Shown here: in pieces, positions 22,219 through 31,243 of the stretch
Layout: each line of letters begins with the position of its first letter
Numbering within the stretch: position 1 is the stretch's first letter
Origin: an uncultured Bdellovibrio sp.
Lineage (GTDB): Bacteria > Bdellovibrionota > Bdellovibrionia > Bdellovibrionales > Bdellovibrionaceae
Assembly: GCA_963932905.1 (NCBI GenBank)
Contig: CAWVRN010000004.1
Coordinates: 64,001-128,000 of the forward strand
Reading direction: 5' to 3'
Length of the DNA: 64,000 nt
Translations under genes and position numbers: made by a program
The notes under the pieces: model-generated
What the model was told of the DNA's origin: nothing
Seen by the model: only the letters and a program-made list of their open reading frames with translations
Database searches by the model: none

Positions 22219-23246
22219 TGTTTCAGGTTTCATCGGTCATCGAAAAAATATTGTTTTTCATTCAATTTGAAGTTTTCGTCGTCATTTGGTTGACCCTACT
22301 GGCGGCCTACGGCTTCTATCGTTTTTTTCTAAAAGCAATTAGTCAAAAACGCCACTTAAATTTGAAATCACGATTCATCAACACCCCTACTTATCTTGGT
22401 ATCTCGACACTGTTGTCAATTGCACAATGGGCTCTTTACGGCAGTACAGAAGCCAATTGGGTAAATAGACTAGCTGAATACATCGCCTTCTTTTCCCTGG
22501 TGGCAGGGGCCATCGGCTTTATTAAACTAGCGCAAATCATTGTTTACCTATCATTGTTTTACAAGAACATGTCCCAAGGCATCCCCCGACTCATTGCGAA
22601 TTTGTTTTCATTTGTGTTTTCAATTTTTGTAGTTTCGTTTATAGGATCAGAAGTTTTTTCGATTCACATCACCGCGATGCTGGCAACCTCGGCCGTATTT
22701 TCTTTAGTTCTAGGTTTGGCATTACAAGACACTTTAGGAAATTTATTTTCAGGCGTGGCTATGCAAATTGGCCAGCCATTTAAAATAGGCGACTGGGTTG
22801 AAATTAACCATGACAATAAAAAATGGCTAGGCCAAATTCAAGAAATCACCTGGCGATCCACTTTCTTGATCACGTTCTCGGATGAAACCGTAATGATACC
22901 AAACAAAACAATTGCACTGAGCCAGATTACCATTTTTAGCGACCAACAAAGACCAAACCGCGAAAGTGTCACATTCAGAATTGACTACAATCAGAATGCG
23001 TCGTCCGCTAAGTCTATTCTTGTCGACGTTGTTTCATCCATCGAGGGTGTCTTGCAGAACCCAGGCCCTCGAGTGCTTTTGACCGAAACAAGTGACTCAT
23101 GGGTCGTTATGAAGGTGTTCTATTCGGTGAGTGATTTTTCAATGAAATTTAGGATAGCGGACCAAGTTATTGAGAAAGCGATTCAGGCGTTTAATGCAAA
23201 CCACATTAAATTAGCTGCGCCTAAAATCACCGTTTTAAATTCATGA
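22215..23246 (+). CDS. Small-conductance mechanosensitive channel (MscS family) with extra N-terminal TM helices
   Basis: LGLALQDTLGNLFSG, PFKIGDWVEI, G.IQEITWRST, IPN; ATGA overlap with the glsA stop. Confidence 0.92.
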   Translation: MMFQVSSVIEKILFFIQFEVFVVIWLTLLAAYGFYRFFLKAISQKRHLNLKSRFINTPTYLGISTLLSIAQWALYGSTEANWVNRLAEYIAFFSLVAGAIGFIKLAQIIVYLSLFYKNMSQGIPRLIANLFSFVFSIFVVSFIGSEVFSIHITAMLATSAVFSLVLGLALQDTLGNLFSGVAMQIGQPFKIGDWVEINHDNKKWLGQIQEITWRSTFLITFSDETVMIPNKTIALSQITIFSDQQRPNRESVTFRIDYNQNASSAKSILVDVVSSIEGVLQNPGPRVLLTETSDSWVVMKVFYSVSDFSMKFRIADQVIEKAIQAFNANHIKLAAPKITVLNS

Positions 23247-23383
23247 TAGCCTCTTTGACGATTTGAAATACAGCAGGCCGAGAGATTAAGGAAGAAATTA
23301 CAAAGAGGCAAATTTACATTCCAGAAATTAAATCGTTTTAGTAGAATTAACGAAGCCCGTTTTGGGTATGCTAGGGGGATACC

Positions 23384-23593
23384 ATGTCGAAAGATTTAAA
23401 ATTATCGGACGATGCCATCAAAACGGCTCTCAGTAAAAACAACCAGCAAATAGCGCATGATTTAAGGTCCCCTCTATCCGCTCTTAATTTTGTTTCTAGC
23501 CTTAATGCTGAATTGAATCCTGATAGTCGAAATCTTCTGCAAATGGCCATTGATCGACTGCAAGAAATGGCTCACCGTCTGGAAACTGACTAG
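23384..23593 (+). CDS. Stand-alone HisKA (DHp) domain microprotein, 69 aa
   Basis: H-box QIAHDLRSPLSAL followed by a second helix LLQMAIDRLQEMAHRL; GGGGGA SD; no sensor or HATPase domain. Confidence 0.7.
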   Translation: MSKDLKLSDDAIKTALSKNNQQIAHDLRSPLSALNFVSSLNAELNPDSRNLLQMAIDRLQEMAHRLETD

Positions 23594-23639
23594 GATCTGA
23601 TTTATATTAGGATCTTCGGTAATCACCATTGAGTGGGAT

Positions 23640-24914
23640 TTAGTAGATTGTTATATCAATTGCTTTCTGATTGGCAAATGTACGCGCCCGCGCTTCAATT
23701 ATTTCTTCGATTCGTTCTAATAAACTAATCTTGCCGTATTCTTTTGTGATCTGTTCGCGATTTGTAGATTTATGCTGAGTAATTTTCTGGTGCATCGCCC
23801 GCATGCGCTCCTGGCAGGTACCCTCTTTAAATTCAAGCTGACGATCTAGTAGTTTTAATTCTTTCTTACCGATTTTAGTGTAGTCATTTTGACCACCGAT
23901 ACTAAATGCGAAGTGCTTTTGCAGTTTTGGGTAAATCGCCGTGCACACTAAGTCATACAGGGGTGCAATTTCGTAGCGCTGCCCTAATAATAGGAACGAA
24001 AGATTTTTAGAATGACTGTCGTTGTTTCCAATCAGCAAATTGAAGAAGACCCAATCTAGCAATGTATTGATCGACTCCACCCGTTTTTTAGCCAAAGTGT
24101 TTTTCATAATCAATTCAAAGTTATTTTTAATACTCGGTCCGCCACTGTGTTCATACTTAAACTCACTGGTGATTCCCTGTGCCTGGCAGAAATCTTGCTG
24201 ATGCAAGCGATGAACAATTCCTTTTTCGTCCGTCTGGCGATCGTATCGTGTTACAACAAATAATGGAAATTCACCCACGTGAATGGAACATACGGGAACT
24301 TGAAATCCCACTCGCTGAGCCAGCCTCATGCAGTAAAGCTCGTTGTATACGGAGTCTTTAATTTGATGGCGATAAATCGGCATTTTCACGATGTGCGTGG
24401 TCGGCGCACCATGTTTTGGCAGGTAGAATTTTTTCCCATCGTAAATCGCTGGGAATTTATCCTGCGCCCCAGCCAAAGACAAATAACCAGGATTTTCATC
24501 GGCGATAACTTCGGCGACTGAGCGTTTTTCTTTCAAAGCTTGGTAAATTTTTGCTTCCTCAAGCTCCACGCGTTCCTGCTTCGCTGTTGGTGCCGTGTAA
24601 TTTTCGTCGCTGGTAATGGTAATAGCCCCCGCACAGTCTTGACCATATTTAGATAAGAAATCAAAAACACCGTGTACGTCCTGACTTTTTTCAATGGACG
24701 CTTTTGTGTCACCTTCTGGTAACAGGTTTTCAAAAAAAGACAGCGTATCTTTATTACCGAAATTTTTATTTTCTAATTTTAAGGTTAGACTCAAGGGAAA
24801 ATGGTCCGCACGTTTTAACCATTCGTCAGTATAGCGAAATGAAAATACCAGATCTTGATCTCGCTGAATCACTCCGACCTTATCGGATTCGTAATAAACA
24901 AAAAGTTGATTCAT
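23640..24914 (-). CDS. hipA: HipA-family toxin kinase
   Basis: FFENLLPEG, SLAGAQDK, THIVK, RYDR, LHQQDFCQA, GNNDSHSKN, APLYDL. Confidence 0.95.
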   Translation of the reverse strand: MNQLFVYYESDKVGVIQRDQDLVFSFRYTDEWLKRADHFPLSLTLKLENKNFGNKDTLSFFENLLPEGDTKASIEKSQDVHGVFDFLSKYGQDCAGAITITSDENYTAPTAKQERVELEEAKIYQALKEKRSVAEVIADENPGYLSLAGAQDKFPAIYDGKKFYLPKHGAPTTHIVKMPIYRHQIKDSVYNELYCMRLAQRVGFQVPVCSIHVGEFPLFVVTRYDRQTDEKGIVHRLHQQDFCQAQGITSEFKYEHSGGPSIKNNFELIMKNTLAKKRVESINTLLDWVFFNLLIGNNDSHSKNLSFLLLGQRYEIAPLYDLVCTAIYPKLQKHFAFSIGGQNDYTKIGKKELKLLDRQLEFKEGTCQERMRAMHQKITQHKSTNREQITKEYGKISLLERIEEIIEARARTFANQKAIDITIY

Positions 24915-25159
24915 TAGTCTTGTTCCATTGCCAACGTGATTTTAAAACCCAAAATTTTAGACATTTTCATCAAGGTAGAAAGTTGAATATCACTATGACC
25001 TGATTCAATTTTACCAATGCCTTCTCGTGAAAGATTACAATATTTAGCCAAATCGACTTGAGTGATATCAAGCTCCACACGTCGTTTTTTTAGTAACTTA
25101 CCAAGTTGAAGACTTAGACTTTCTTTATTACCTTCTAAGACAATCACCGTATCCGACAT
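24914..25159 (-). CDS. hipB: HipB-like XRE HTH antitoxin
   Basis: HTH ITQVDLAKYCNLSREGIGKIESG; one-base stop/start overlap with hipA. GAGGG SD before ATG 25159 (MSDTVIV); the longer 25252 ORF would run through the operators. Confidence 0.85.
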   Translation of the reverse strand: MSDTVIVLEGNKESLSLQLGKLLKKRRVELDITQVDLAKYCNLSREGIGKIESGHSDIQLSTLMKMSKILGFKITLAMEQD

Positions 25160-25173
25160 AAGATCCCTCGCCG

Positions 25174-25290
25174 TGAGTACTATAGTACTCATTATAGTCC
25201 CTAACGATGCTTTGTCTACAAAATGAGTACTATAGTACTCGTTTTGAGCCAAAACCTGGTCTAAGGTACAAAATATGCACTATAGTACGC
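25174..25290 (-). promoter_or_regulatory. hipBA promoter with three palindromic operators at a 50-bp period
   Basis: TGAGTACTATAGTACTCA 25174-25191; GAGTACTATAGTACTC 25225-25240; degenerate ATGCACTATAGTACGC 25275-25290. Minus-strand TAGACA(25218-25213)-N16-TATAAT(25196-25191). Confidence 0.85.
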
Positions 25291-25350
25291 ATTGCAAAAC
25301 AGTCTTGGACTCTATGCTATAGTTGAAAAGCGGATATGAGTTTTGTGGGA

Positions 25351-26340
25351 TTATGTTCCCTCATCTTCGTAATAAATAACTTTAGACCCATCAAATTCAA
25401 TCTCAAAGGGATATGGACGCAGTCCTAAACCATCCGTCAATTTTTGTCGTTGTGATGGCGGCACTACAAATAACAAAAATCCGCCGCCACCTGCGCCTAG
25501 CAGTTTTCCGCCCCAAGCACCCAGTTTCATGGCCTTGCTGTAGGCTTCGTCAATATCTGGGTTTGCAATTTTATCACTTAAGCTCTTCTTTAGTTCCCAG
25601 CTGCGATGAACCAGCTTTCCAAAGTCTTCTATGTTATCTTTTAACAGTAGGGCACGGCCTTGATCCACAAAGCTTACCATCGTTTTTAAGTTTTCAAACT
25701 TGGCCGATTCATTGCTGATGTTTTTTTTCTGGTCGGCAAGAACTTCCGACGCTGAACGCGATACCCCCGTGTAGAACAAACACAGATGATTTTGAAGATT
25801 ATTAAAACGTTCGCGAGATAAATTCAAACTTTCGACATTCACTTCACCGTGAGGCAAAAATTTGATTACGTTCAATCCACCAAAACTAGCGGCATATTGG
25901 TCTTGTTTACCAATGGGTTCTTTTAATTTTTCAATTTCGATTTGGCAAGCCATATCGGCCAAGCGACCTTTATCGGCAAATTGATTTTTTCGTGTTAGCA
26001 AATTATGTAAGACACCTACTGTGAATGTAGATGACGATCCCATGCCCGTGCCTGCTGGGATATCCGCGATAGAACTTAATTCCACGCCCGCGGGCACATC
26101 CAGCATATCCAGCGCTGTTTTTAAAATCGGATGCTGAATATCGCTGATTTTCTTAACTGTTTCTGTTCTAGAATATTTCAAACGGTACTCGTCGCTCTCA
26201 AAATATTTATGCGTAGAAATGTACATGTATTTGTTAATTGAAAAACTCAGGACTGCGCCCGGAGAACGCGAATAAAAACTCGCCATGTCAGATCCACCAC
26301 CAAAAATACTAACTCTAAACGGCGTTTTAGTGACTATCAT
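25351..26340 (-). CDS. hddA: GHMP kinase, D-glycero-D-manno-heptose-7-phosphate 1-kinase (HddA-like)
   Basis: KTPFRVSIFGGGSD, DIPAGTGMGSSS, IGKQDQYAA, GGKLLGAGGGGF. Confidence 0.88.
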   Translation of the reverse strand: MIVTKTPFRVSIFGGGSDMASFYSRSPGAVLSFSINKYMYISTHKYFESDEYRLKYSRTETVKKISDIQHPILKTALDMLDVPAGVELSSIADIPAGTGMGSSSTFTVGVLHNLLTRKNQFADKGRLADMACQIEIEKLKEPIGKQDQYAASFGGLNVIKFLPHGEVNVESLNLSRERFNNLQNHLCLFYTGVSRSASEVLADQKKNISNESAKFENLKTMVSFVDQGRALLLKDNIEDFGKLVHRSWELKKSLSDKIANPDIDEAYSKAMKLGAWGGKLLGAGGGGFLLFVVPPSQRQKLTDGLGLRPYPFEIEFDGSKVIYYEDEGT

Positions 26341-27676
26341 AATTTATCCCTTTGCTTTTAAAATACGTGGCGAAAAAGTCTGTTAGTTTTAAGGAGTCCG
26401 AAGTTTCAAATACATTGGGCCGTAGGTCCTCTACGGTACTTTCACCACCGGTGATGGCGACAAATCCCATACCTAGGGCTTCGGCGGCTAGGCGATCACG
26501 GTGAGAATCCCCGACCATTAAACTTTTACTGAAATCGATGTTGTAAGCTGATTTAGCTTGTTGAAACAGCCCCGTTTTTGGTTTGCGGCAATCACAGTCT
26601 ATTTTTAATTCTGGCACTTCGCCCGCAAAGCCTTTATCGGGATGATGAGGACAATAGTAAATTTCATCCATCCACACGCGGCGATTGCCAAGCTCAGTTT
26701 CCATTTTTTTATGAATGTCGTTTAATTGAGCTACGGTCATGTAGCCTTTGGCAATTCCGGGCTGATTGGTGACTACGATATTTAGAACCCCAATTGAATT
26801 TAGAAACTTCACGGGACTTTCGATTTCGGATTTCAACACTAGATCCTTGGCGTCTTTTAAGTCTGACACATAGTTCACAAGTGTTCCATCGCGATCCCAG
26901 AAAACACATGGTTTAGGCTGATCCAGGGCTTTTCGCTGAGGTGTTTTTGAATACGTCAGTTCTCTGCGCAATTTTTCTATACGGTCTGGAGTTCCGATGT
27001 CTTTTACATACTCGAATGACTTATACGAAAAAACTTTCAACTGCTTAAGCCAAGTAGGAAACACATCACGCGCTAGATCTTGAAATTTGTTTTCTTCGAG
27101 CAGACCTAAAGCCTTAACGGAAAAAATATAAACAGCGGCGTTAACCAAATTAAAATAAACCAAGTTTGGTGGATGAGGCTTCGTTAGAAATCCAGTGACT
27201 CGATGATCAGCATCGACTTCCACTAGGTCGCTATCATATGGATGATCATTAGGATGAGTCAGCAATGTCACATCAGCATTTTTATCGTGGTGAAAGCGAT
27301 ACATAGATTCTAGATCAAGAAATCCCGAGAACAAATCACCATAGATGACATAGAAATCTTCTCTGATTTGGCCCTTTAGCTGCGCCAGGGCACCGGACGT
27401 TCCTAGTGGCTCCTGCTCGATAACATATTCGGTTTTGATGCACCACCGAGAGCCATCGCCAATAACGTCGCGGATTTTCTCAGGCATGTAATTCAGCAGC
27501 AAAAAGACGTTCTTGATCCCTTGACTAGATAACCATTCGATTTGAATCTCCAATAACGAACGATGATCCACCGGCACCAAGGGCTTTGGCCGATCGGTAA
27601 GTCCCAATCGAGTGCCCTTTCCTCCGGCCAATATAACGGCTGTCTGTGGATATGAATAGGCTGAATTAATTCGCAT
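26327..27676 (-). CDS. Fused nucleotidyltransferase (HddC-like) + heptose-1,7-bisphosphate phosphatase (GmhB-like HAD)
   Basis: N-terminal ILAGGKGTRL..PKPL, EPLGTSG, DIGTPDR; C-terminal FWDRDGTL, VVTNQ, YYCPHHP, CDCRKPKTG, MVGDS. Confidence 0.9.
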   Translation of the reverse strand: MRINSAYSYPQTAVILAGGKGTRLGLTDRPKPLVPVDHRSLLEIQIEWLSSQGIKNVFLLLNYMPEKIRDVIGDGSRWCIKTEYVIEQEPLGTSGALAQLKGQIREDFYVIYGDLFSGFLDLESMYRFHHDKNADVTLLTHPNDHPYDSDLVEVDADHRVTGFLTKPHPPNLVYFNLVNAAVYIFSVKALGLLEENKFQDLARDVFPTWLKQLKVFSYKSFEYVKDIGTPDRIEKLRRELTYSKTPQRKALDQPKPCVFWDRDGTLVNYVSDLKDAKDLVLKSEIESPVKFLNSIGVLNIVVTNQPGIAKGYMTVAQLNDIHKKMETELGNRRVWMDEIYYCPHHPDKGFAGEVPELKIDCDCRKPKTGLFQQAKSAYNIDFSKSLMVGDSHRDRLAAEALGMGFVAITGGESTVEDLRPNVFETSDSLKLTDFFATYFKSKGINYDSH

Positions 27677-27772
27677 CTGGTTGAAATTACAAACCTATCC
27701 TGCGGGTGTCACGTTCTTTCCTTGAAAGGTCAGGCTTTTTTTGATTAAATGAGCCATTCCAAAGAGGTTTAA

Positions 27773-28402
27773 ATGTCGAATACAAATACTGCCGATCCAA
27801 GAGTTAACAACGTATGGTTTAACGCAAGCTCAATGGAAACCTATTTCAGCGATTACAAAAAAAATCTGAATCAAGCTCTGGCGACTGTAAATGCGGCGGA
27901 TTTAGAAAAAGCCTACCAAGTGATGAAAAAAGTAACGGACAACAACGGAACTTTCTTTGTGGCGGGAAACGGCGGGTCCAACGCGATTGCTGATCATTTA
28001 AGCTGCGATTGGACGAAGGGAACGTACGTGGCAGGTAAAAATCCTCTGCGAACCTTATCGTTAATGGCAAACGGTCCCCTATTCACGGCAGCCGCAAACG
28101 ATTTTGGTTATGATCGCGCGATGGCGTACTTACTAGAAATTCAAGCACGTCCAACTGATGCGTTGCTGGTTATTTCTTCATCGGGCAACAGTCCAAATAT
28201 TATCGAAGCCATGAAAACGGCTAAACAAAAAGGTCTTCCCGTGATCGCATTGACAGGCTTTAAAGGTGGCAAAGCGAAAGAGATGGCGGATGTATCTCTG
28301 CATGTGGATTTTTCAAACTACGCGATCGTAGAAGATGGCCACCAAGCGGTCATGCAATGTTTAGCGCAATACTTTTTCGTAAAACACAGTGAAAAATCTT
28401 AA
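27773..28402 (+). CDS. gmhA: SIS-domain phosphoheptose isomerase, copy 2 (divergent)
   Basis: GNGGSNAIADH, TAAANDFGY, ISSSGNSPNI, LTGFKGGK, VEDGH. Confidence 0.8.
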   Translation: MSNTNTADPRVNNVWFNASSMETYFSDYKKNLNQALATVNAADLEKAYQVMKKVTDNNGTFFVAGNGGSNAIADHLSCDWTKGTYVAGKNPLRTLSLMANGPLFTAAANDFGYDRAMAYLLEIQARPTDALLVISSSGNSPNIIEAMKTAKQKGLPVIALTGFKGGKAKEMADVSLHVDFSNYAIVEDGHQAVMQCLAQYFFVKHSEKS

Positions 28403-29156
28403 GCCAGGTTTAGTTTCTATTATTTCCCCAGGCTACAATAGCGCGCGATTTTATCCCGACGTGATTGAAAGCGTGCGTGCGCAAACGTATCCCGACTGGG
28501 AATTACTAGTCGTTATCGATGAAGGCACCAAAGACAACACCGCGGAATTAATCAATGGCTGGAATGCGAAAGACCCACGAATTAAATTAGTGCGGGTTCC
28601 GCAGGGCCGCGGCCTAGCACTGGCACGCAACTATGCGATGTCGGTGGCTGAAGGTCAGTACATTGCATTTCTAGATAGCGATGATATGTGGATGCCTAAG
28701 AAACTTGAGTCGCAATTAGCGTTCATGAAGAAAAACAATCTAACAATTAGCTGCACATCGTTTCGCCGTGTGAGTGAAGATTTATCAAAGACCGGTCATT
28801 TAATTCCGGTGCCGACCGATATTACCTACGAAACGTTACTAGTGAACAACGTCATGGGCTGTCTAACGGTGATGTTTGATCAAAGAGCGACAGGCTTGCA
28901 AAAATTCCAAGAAACAAAACACGAAGATTATTTGCTATGGCTTTCAATTTTAAAGAAAGGCCACCAAGGCGGCGGATTGAATGAAGATCTGGCTCGCTAT
29001 CGCATTGTGAAGAATTCGCGCTCGGCTAATAAGCTCGAGATGATTGCGTTTCGTTGGAAGATTTTGACTGAACATCAAGGGCTGAGTGCCGTGGATGCTG
29101 CGAAGTATTTGATGCTTTATGGGATTACTTCGCTGAGGAAATATGCGCGGTTTTAG
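28389..29156 (+). CDS. Glycosyltransferase family 2 (TuaG-like)
   Basis: VSIISPGYN, SVRAQTY.DWEL, IAFLDSDDMW..KKLESQ, HEDYLLWL. Confidence 0.9.
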   Translation: MKNLKPGLVSIISPGYNSARFYPDVIESVRAQTYPDWELLVVIDEGTKDNTAELINGWNAKDPRIKLVRVPQGRGLALARNYAMSVAEGQYIAFLDSDDMWMPKKLESQLAFMKKNNLTISCTSFRRVSEDLSKTGHLIPVPTDITYETLLVNNVMGCLTVMFDQRATGLQKFQETKHEDYLLWLSILKKGHQGGGLNEDLARYRIVKNSRSANKLEMIAFRWKILTEHQGLSAVDAAKYLMLYGITSLRKYARF

Positions 29157-29573
29157 GAATGACTTTGCATTTGGATAATGTGATTTAAACGAATACAAAG
29201 AGTTAATATCTATTGAACGAGCCCCCAGTTTCTACGCATCTCCGCCGACCATGCGTACCTTCTCGAAGTTAGCCGGAAAAGAATTTATCGGTTTACTTTG
29301 AAAGTGTTGCCAAGCAACGCAAACGTTGCGTGTTAAAATGTTAGCTGGGAATAATTTATTTTGATTTAAATCCATCGAACTAAATAACTTTTAAATCAAA
29401 ATCTCATTCTGATCCACTATTGTCTATTTTCCACGGTTCATAAAAATACGCGCTAAGCTTTTGTTTTCACGGCGAAAGCTAATCTTGAAGTGAATTTCAC
29501 CTATCTTTAACATCTCGTCTGATAAAATTAGAGCATATCACTTCATTATTCTGGAACGTTAACAGGGGGTTTT

Positions 29574-31130
29574 ATGACGACGACAAATAAGTATCTATTA
29601 GTTTTAACTACCTTAATTTCTATGCTGATTTCCGGTTGTAAAGTTGAGGCAGAAAACTCCACCACTGTTCCTGCTACTATTACCAATCCTAGCGAACCTA
29701 AATCGGATGACCTGTCCAGTTGCGATGACAATTCATCCGCAGTGAGCTCAAGCGAAAAATGTAAAACCTTTCCGGAGATGACAGTAGCTCTGGGTGAAGT
29801 ACCAATCGTTCTAACTCAATCACCACGCTTTAAATTAACTACAACGCCTTACCCCCACCATCAAATTCAAGTCGAAATTAAAAACTCTCTTGATAATTCC
29901 ATTGTGACCCCTTGGCAAATTTGGGGAGGATCAGTCGTTTCAAATTTAACCTTATCTTTAAATCAACATTACTACGCAAATTTTCGATTCATAGATGCTA
30001 AAGGAAAAACAGGAAAATCCACATCTTCGGCAAGCTGGACACCTAGAGTTGGTATAGGCAGCTGGCAGAAAATGTCGACAATTAATGCCCCCTCGAAGCG
30101 AAATTACCATTCGATGGTATGGACCGGGAGTAAGGTTATTGTTTGGGGTGGGCAACATGAAAATACAGGCGCAACAAACACAGGTGCAGTGTATGATCCG
30201 ACAACAGATTCATGGACTCCTACGTCCACAATAAAAGCACCCACTGCAAGAACTGCACATACGGCAATTTGGACCGGTTCCGAAATGATCGTTTGGGGTG
30301 GTGGCTGGCAACGAACCGGAGCTCGTTACAACCCAAGCACAAACACTTGGACATCAATGACAAATGTCAATGCCCCAATTGGCTGCGTATTTCATACTGC
30401 TATTTGGACCGGAAGCAAAATGATCGTCTGGGGTGGCGAAGTTGATTTGCCAAACAGTAGTGCCCCTGCAACGACAAACTCCGGTGCAGCTTATGATCCT
30501 TCTAATGATACATGGACAGCAATCTCGACGACAGCTGCTCCATCCGAACGCACTCAACACGCTGCCGTTTGGACTGGCTCTAAAATGATTATTTGGGGTG
30601 GAGGCAGTTACAACCATGACACCTACACCGGCAACATAAACGGGGGAGTCTATGATGTATCAACCAACTCGTGGAGTACCGTAAGTAACATTGGCGCCCC
30701 GGGACAACAGAACTTTGCGGGAGTCAATAATGGCGCCAGTTGGGACGGATCAAATCTTTTAGTTCATGACAACGAGAGATACTCTATAGGAGGAGGAAAA
30801 TATAATTTAGCAAATGACCAATGGTCACGAATTTCAAAAACAAGTAACCCTTGGGACGAGTCAGAAATGAATTCTCTCCCGGCGACAGGATTCGCATTTA
30901 GCTCAACTGTATGGATCGGCTCGTCTTGGTTTGTCTGGGGAGGGCGGGCTGCCTGGGGTGTTACGAATACTGGTGGAATTTACAATCCCACTACCGATAC
31001 CTGGGCTGCGACGACAAACACAAATGCACCTACCCCTTCAATGAATGCTCGAGCGATTTGGACAGGAAGCAAAGTCATAATTTGGGGCGGGCACGAAAAA
31101 GATTATGTATATGCTATCTATACACCATAA
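29574..31130 (+). CDS. Kelch-repeat beta-propeller lipoprotein
   Basis: Lipobox LISGC; about six repeats of H.A(I/V)WTGSKMIVWGG...GA.YDP..DTW...ST.NAP. Confidence 0.85.
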   Translation: MTTTNKYLLVLTTLISMLISGCKVEAENSTTVPATITNPSEPKSDDLSSCDDNSSAVSSSEKCKTFPEMTVALGEVPIVLTQSPRFKLTTTPYPHHQIQVEIKNSLDNSIVTPWQIWGGSVVSNLTLSLNQHYYANFRFIDAKGKTGKSTSSASWTPRVGIGSWQKMSTINAPSKRNYHSMVWTGSKVIVWGGQHENTGATNTGAVYDPTTDSWTPTSTIKAPTARTAHTAIWTGSEMIVWGGGWQRTGARYNPSTNTWTSMTNVNAPIGCVFHTAIWTGSKMIVWGGEVDLPNSSAPATTNSGAAYDPSNDTWTAISTTAAPSERTQHAAVWTGSKMIIWGGGSYNHDTYTGNINGGVYDVSTNSWSTVSNIGAPGQQNFAGVNNGASWDGSNLLVHDNERYSIGGGKYNLANDQWSRISKTSNPWDESEMNSLPATGFAFSSTVWIGSSWFVWGGRAAWGVTNTGGIYNPTTDTWAATTNTNAPTPSMNARAIWTGSKVIIWGGHEKDYVYAIYTP

Positions 31131-31243
31131 ACTGTAGCTACTGAATTAAAGCAATCTGAGCAAAAAATTAACTTGATAAAACAGCGTAGGAAACATCAAA
31201 TAAACACGATGAACATTGAACCTACAATATTAGATTGCATTAA

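Noticed and set aside
23249..23309. 9-bp inverted repeat GCCTCTTTG...CAAAGAGGC after mscS
   Set aside because: 43-nt loop, no U-tract and no recognisable RNA motif; could be chance.
25160..25252. N-terminal extension of the HipB ORF in the track
   Set aside because: It runs through the operators and promoter; the SD supports ATG 25159.
25174..25290. Evenly spaced repeats resembling a mini-CRISPR array
   Set aside because: Only 16-18 bp, loop-less palindromes, three copies, overlapping the hipB promoter, and no cas genes; operators explain them better.
29232..29375. 47-aa minus-strand ORF (MDLNQNKLFPAN...) in the GT2-Kelch gap
   Set aside because: No SD and no recognisable motif; cannot be supported.
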